Positions 32,449 through 35,883 of a stretch of 35,883 bases of DNA are shown here, in pieces (position 1 is the stretch's first letter; the number at the start of each line of letters is the position of its first letter). A model generated the notes under the pieces. The model was not told the DNA's origin and made no database searches. It saw nothing but the letters and a program-made list of their open reading frames with translations. Both the position numbers and the translations under genes were made by a program. Origin of the DNA: a virus (taxonomy: Duplodnaviria > Caudoviricetes); the IMG/VR virus record IMGVR_UViG_3300020045_004878, positions 1-35,883 of that record; one strand, given 5' to 3'.

Positions 32449-33214
32449 GATTCTCCTTTGGCTCGAACAAGCCCTGCCAGCCGCCGATCGTGGCGTTGTT
32501 AAGGGCTTCGATTGATTTGACCGGCCCCCATGCCGTCAGCTTGTTTTTGGCGATCGTCACAGCACGGGGGGTCAGGGGGTGCCTTGTGTCGCGGCGGGTC
32601 TCCACCCATGCGGTCCACGCGGCCTTGAAGGCGTCCGTGTGGAAGTCCTGGGGCAGCCCGTCGAGGGCGAGCAAGTCAGCCTTCGGCTTCCCCCCAACCC
32701 CCTTAGATTTTGTTTCCCCCGCACCCCCTTCATCTGTAACCCCCAATAAATCAGACTCAGAGTTATCTTCAGAGTCAGAGTCATATAGGATTAGCTTTCG
32801 ATTTGCTTTCGTTTTGCTTTGTGGTTTGCTTTCGTTTTGCTTTCTTGGACGGCCTCCTTTCCTGCCTGCCTTTGCGCGTTCCTGCCTGACTTGCTCATCG
32901 TGGAACATCCTGCGCGAATACAGTGCCCCATCGTACCGACGTTGCACCACACCCTTCGCAAGCAACTCCACAACGCACGAAAGAGTTACGGACGGGTCGC
33001 CACCGATAGCCGCACACACGTCCTCTTGTGCCCACGGCTGACCGCCAGTTACCAACGCCCCTCGCTCCTCACACTTGTCCATGAGACAGAGCATGTCAAT
33101 CCAGACTCCGCGCGCGGCGGAGCTACAACGCCGAAGGTCGGGGTCTGTGAGCCAGTCCCCCGAATAGAACATGAACCACGGCATTTTTGGCAGCCGAGGT
33201 CTCCTACAAAACAC
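32351..33214 (-). CDS. Phage replication initiator protein (start probably CTG at 33193 or ATG at 33184)
   Basis: PWFMFYSGDWL.D..LRRCS.AARGVWIDMLC N-term; AGRKGG linker with iterons; C-term AWTAW..R...GWQGLFEPK. Confidence 0.8.
   Translation of the reverse strand: MFCRRPRLPKMPWFMFYSGDWLTDPDLRRCSSAARGVWIDMLCLMDKCEERGALVTGGQPWAQEDVCAAIGGDPSVTLSCVVELLAKGVVQRRYDGALYSRRMFHDEQVRQERAKAGRKGGRPRKQNESKPQSKTKANRKLILYDSDSEDNSESDLLGVTDEGGAGETKSKGVGGKPKADLLALDGLPQDFHTDAFKAAWTAWVETRRDTRHPLTPRAVTIAKNKLTAWGPVKSIEALNNATIGGWQGLFEPKENHGGNNRESDADRRRREQRAKEFPEPIKPLPRL
32792..32843. repeat. Iteron array (putative replication origin)
   Basis: ttgcttt at 32803, 32814, 32826 and 32837 (plus tagcttt at 32792), 11-12 bp period; 19-bp direct repeat 32802-32820/32825-32843. 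Confidence 0.7.
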
Positions 33215-33222
33215 GGATCGTC

Positions 33223-33354
33223 CGGTAGGCCGCCAAGCGGCGTTTGTGCCAAACCATACGATTTGCCGCCACCTGGCGACCTACCGAGCTATCCGATTAC
33301 TTAACGAATCTGTTTGGCACGCCCGCATCTTACGCCTTCGGGTTCGGGTGTCAA
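33223..33354 (-). promoter_or_regulatory. Promoter plus structured leader of the replication operon
   Basis: TTGACA (33349-33354), 16 nt, TAAGAT (33327-33332); 20-bp stem 33223-33242/33267-33286; 33312-33320 complementary to loop 33246-33254. Confidence 0.65.
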
Positions 33355-33357
33355 GCA

Positions 33358-33735
33358 CTATTTTCGACAATTTTCGTGGGGCCACTCCGCCCGCGTCTGC
33401 CATCCATCCCAAGCGACAATCGCGGTGTTGTATTCAACGGTGCGAAATGAACACCCGGGCTTCGAGCAGACAATGTAATTGCCGGTGTCCATTGTCACTA
33501 AATGACCTTCCCCGACCTTGCAGGCCGGGCATCTTTTGTGCGGCGGCTCCGGCTTGCTCTTTAGGTCGCGGATGTCGATGGCCGTAGATACGAGACTGCG
33601 TTTGTCGCACAGTTTCGCCGCCTCCTCTAGCCCCGCGTCTCGTGCGTCCTGCTGAATCTGTACGATTTGTGATTCGATGTCCATGACAAGCGAGGACCAT
33701 CCGAACTTCTTCATCCATTCCATCGGCGATTTCAT
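33358..33735 (-). CDS. Hypothetical protein with a Lar-like (restriction alleviation) zinc-finger C-terminus
   Basis: KRCPAC...IVCSKPGC...AIVAWDGWQTRA. Confidence 0.5.
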   Translation of the reverse strand: MKSPMEWMKKFGWSSLVMDIESQIVQIQQDARDAGLEEAAKLCDKRSLVSTAIDIRDLKSKPEPPHKRCPACKVGEGHLVTMDTGNYIVCSKPGCSFRTVEYNTAIVAWDGWQTRAEWPHENCRK

Positions 33736-34058
33736 TGTGCATCCCTTTCCAATTCCTTAATCTCTTTCCGGTATCGCTCGATCCACCGCTCATGCTTAGC
33801 GATGCAAGCACGGAGCAAAGCGATTACGCCGTCCCGCTGCTTTGCCTTGCTTCGATTGGGTGCTCTGCCGCCCTTGCAGTGGCGGCGGCACATCTTGTAT
33901 CCGGGTCGTGTTTTAAGGCGGCATCCGTGCATTGGGCATAACCCGGCAGCCTGCTTTTGGTCCCGGTGTCTTTTCCCGGATTCGTTGGCTGCTGTAAGAC
34001 ATTTTCGACAACGCTTCCGGCCTTTGGCCGCACGGTTCGGGCATTGAGCGCATTTCAT
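33732..34058 (-). CDS. Basic zinc-finger-like protein
   Basis: CAQC..CRKC and GLCPMHGC..MCRRHC repeats. Confidence 0.55.
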   Translation of the reverse strand: MKCAQCPNRAAKGRKRCRKCLTAANESGKRHRDQKQAAGLCPMHGCRLKTRPGYKMCRRHCKGGRAPNRSKAKQRDGVIALLRACIAKHERWIERYRKEIKELERDAQ

Positions 34059-34264
34059 TGGTTCATTCCTTCATCGCCCGCGAGTATCCGCTCCCCGATC
34101 CTATCTGCGACCTCCTCGCGGTGGACCTGGATGTATTTTGGGAAGTCGAAACCTAGCCGCACTTTGTCGCCCCTGATGGAAACCACGGCGATGCGCCCAA
34201 GCTCTACGCCGTCCGGTCCAATCAGCACAACCGCTTCGTCTAATTGTCTCGATAGCACTAACAC
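34055..34264 (-). CDS. csrA: Carbon storage regulator CsrA family RNA-binding protein
   Basis: MLVLSR...IAVVSIRGDKVRLGFDFPKYIQVHREEV. Confidence 0.9.
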   Translation of the reverse strand: MLVLSRQLDEAVVLIGPDGVELGRIAVVSIRGDKVRLGFDFPKYIQVHREEVADRIGERILAGDEGMNQ

Positions 34265-34267
34265 GAT

Positions 34268-34603
34268 TCACGCTCCGTTCAACGCCCACGCCACGTCGTC
34301 TAGGTTGTAGGCGACAATGTATAGCCCGCCCGCTCGTTCGGTTTTGATTTGCCATTCCTTTTGAGCCGGTGTCTGTTTCTTGCCGGGCATCTTCGTCTCA
34401 ACGCCGATGAATCGACCATCGGGCGGCAGCATTCCGGCCACATCCGGCGAGCCGGTCGGCCCTAACTTGATTGCATACTTCTTTCCCTTCGCTTCGTAGA
34501 ACCTCATGCCCGCGTTGCCGATCCAAAACACGCCATCGGGATAGGTGAGCGTGAGGAACGTGTAGACTGCGCGTTTAAGATCTGTCTCGGTGGTGCGTTT
34601 CAT
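34268..34603 (-). CDS. VRR-NUC domain nuclease (resolvase-like)
   Basis: ETDLK, GSPDV, GRFIGVETK..GKKQTPAQKEW: PD-(D/E)xK pattern. Confidence 0.85.
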   Translation of the reverse strand: MKRTTETDLKRAVYTFLTLTYPDGVFWIGNAGMRFYEAKGKKYAIKLGPTGSPDVAGMLPPDGRFIGVETKMPGKKQTPAQKEWQIKTERAGGLYIVAYNLDDVAWALNGA

Positions 34604-35069
34604 GCAACCGCTCCAAGCATTTCGATTCGTTTAGCAGCTTAACGGCGGAAGCGTCCCACACGCATCCAGAAGCACAGTCCCATCCGTAATACCAACGGCT
34701 TGCATCCCCTTCAAAGCGACGCTCGACGATGTATGGCGCGATGACAATTCCATCCCACTGATCCGCTACCTTATTCCACTGCGGGTACGGGGGCCACGGG
34801 TTGGCGGCGTACTCTGCGTGAAACAAGTCTAGCTCGTTGGCGCTACTGATTAACAACATGCGACTCATATCGACATCGAGTTCGGTGTGAAAAGCCTCGT
34901 CGGGGTCGCGCCACGCGTTGTCTTTGCACCAATCAATCCAACCGTCTTGGCGATCGCTTTCGACGCTAAACCAAAGGCCTAAGGGCTTGTGGTTTGGCGT
35001 TCCCGTTTGTTGGCAATCATGGATTGCGATTAGTGGCCTCTTGGACAAATGAACAAATCGCCCATTCAT
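34575..35069 (-). CDS. Conserved-looking hypothetical protein
   Basis: KPLGLWFS, WIDWC, WDGI, WYYGWDCASGCVWD motifs. Confidence 0.6.
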   Translation of the reverse strand: MNGRFVHLSKRPLIAIHDCQQTGTPNHKPLGLWFSVESDRQDGWIDWCKDNAWRDPDEAFHTELDVDMSRMLLISSANELDLFHAEYAANPWPPYPQWNKVADQWDGIVIAPYIVERRFEGDASRWYYGWDCASGCVWDASAVKLLNESKCLERLHETHHRDRS

Positions 35070-35233
35070 CGCTTCGCCTCCTCGGCGTCGCGCCTCAATT
35101 CCGCAACCACCGCGTCGATGTCAATGAGCGCCTCTTGGTACTGCCAGTTTCCTGCTTTCGATTCGGATTTCACAGCCTTAGCGAGAGCGCGAAAGCCGTC
35201 CTCAAGCAACTGGATTTTTCGTTCATCGGTCAT
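35066..35233 (-). CDS. 55-aa hypothetical protein (not in the ORF track)
   Basis: MTDERKIQLLEDGFRALAKAVKSESKAGNWQYQEALIDIDAVVAELRRDAEEAKR; ATGA overlap with the downstream gene. Confidence 0.6.
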   Translation of the reverse strand: MTDERKIQLLEDGFRALAKAVKSESKAGNWQYQEALIDIDAVVAELRRDAEEAKR

Positions 35234-35236
35234 AGC

Positions 35237-35494
35237 CTACCCCTTGATGTTCACCAGTCGCACAATCGTCGCTTCGTAATTGTGGTTGTCGCTCGTCCGC
35301 AACCGCCATTGCATCGCATCGTCCTCCGTCGAAAAAATCGGGGCCGGTCTGCCGCGTGGATCGACGAGCCGCCTCCATCCGTAGCGACCGCAGGCCCAAA
35401 ACTCCCACTTGTCGAGCGGCGGGATGTCTCGAACGACCTTGCCCGCTTGCGCTACAATCGTCTCGCCCACGTCAATCAGGTTTGGTTGCGTCAT
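35237..35494 (-). CDS. Hypothetical protein
   Basis: SD ggag, 85 aa. Confidence 0.55.
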   Translation of the reverse strand: MTQPNLIDVGETIVAQAGKVVRDIPPLDKWEFWACGRYGWRRLVDPRGRPAPIFSTEDDAMQWRLRTSDNHNYEATIVRLVNIKG

Positions 35495-35520
35495 CGTTCA
35501 CTCCATGAGGCCGAAAATAA

Positions 35521-35690
35521 GGATCGGTTGTCGCTCGGCCCGCGCCGCAGGACGAAGTCACTGCGACCATCGCTCGGATGCTTCACCGAGGCTTACGAGC
35601 CTTGACGGCCATACGATGCCGCCCTTTTCTTACGATCACGAATACGCCGTGATTCGCACTCGCTCCTTACGGTTGGCGAGCAACCGATCC
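35521..35690 (-). ncRNA. Candidate multi-branched structured RNA (about 170 nt)
   Basis: Perfect 10-bp closing stem 35521-35530/35681-35690 enclosing five or six hairpins, followed on the minus strand by ttatttt. Confidence 0.45.
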
Positions 35691-35883
35691 AAAGTGCGGG
35701 GCCGGAATTGCACCGGCTAGTGGCCTGTTCCCAGAGCCTCACATCCATCTCCGCGTTCCCTCGGAGACAGCAGGTTTGGGGCCGGAAACCCGTTTAAGCA
35801 TCCGTCTCGTTGTCGCCAACGAATCCTTCAGGCGTACGCCCGTCTTTTCACTCCATGCCCTTTTGAGGCGTGAAGTAGCGGTT

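Larger units (their letters stand above)
1..35883. mobile_element. HK97-like tailed phage or prophage genome segment (both ends outside the window)
   Basis: Canonical order terminase-portal-protease-capsid-head/tail joining-tail tube-chaperone-TMP on +, replication and early genes on -, strand switch at about 21379; no host housekeeping operon. Confidence 0.96.

Noticed and set aside
35694-35760. Possible tRNA gene
   Set aside because: Only a T-arm-like hairpin; no matching acceptor 5' strand, D arm or anticodon arm could be built

Overview
The whole window is tailed-phage DNA (an HK97-like siphovirus or prophage) with two convergent arms. The + strand (1-21378) carries the late genes: the terminase C-terminus, portal, prohead protease, HK97 major capsid protein, head-tail joining genes, tail tube, a frameshifted G/GT tail chaperone, a short tape measure and Cys-rich or beta-helix-like tail proteins. 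The - strand (21380-35883) carries early and middle genes: CsrA, VRR-NUC, a replication initiator with internal iterons, a DnaC-like loader, an AlpA/Xis-like HTH, two orphan DNA methyltransferases and many small membrane proteins or lipoproteins. The most striking feature is a sugar-synthesis and transfer module wrapped around the capsid gene: GDP-mannose 4,6-dehydratase upstream, and an FkbM-type methyltransferase plus a methyltransferase-glycosyltransferase fusion downstream. This suggests the phage decorates its virion with a methylated 6-deoxyhexose glycan (inference). Other notable items are a two-frame (alpha/beta) C5 methyltransferase flanked by 15-bp direct repeats, a 4x tandem repeat whose unit is an RBS plus start codon, an antisense HNH cassette between paralogous tail genes, and several highly structured intergenic RNAs. 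The host may be a planctomycete (weak inference). No integrase, endolysin, tRNA, rRNA or CRISPR array was recognised. All family assignments come from motif recognition by eye; no database searches were run.
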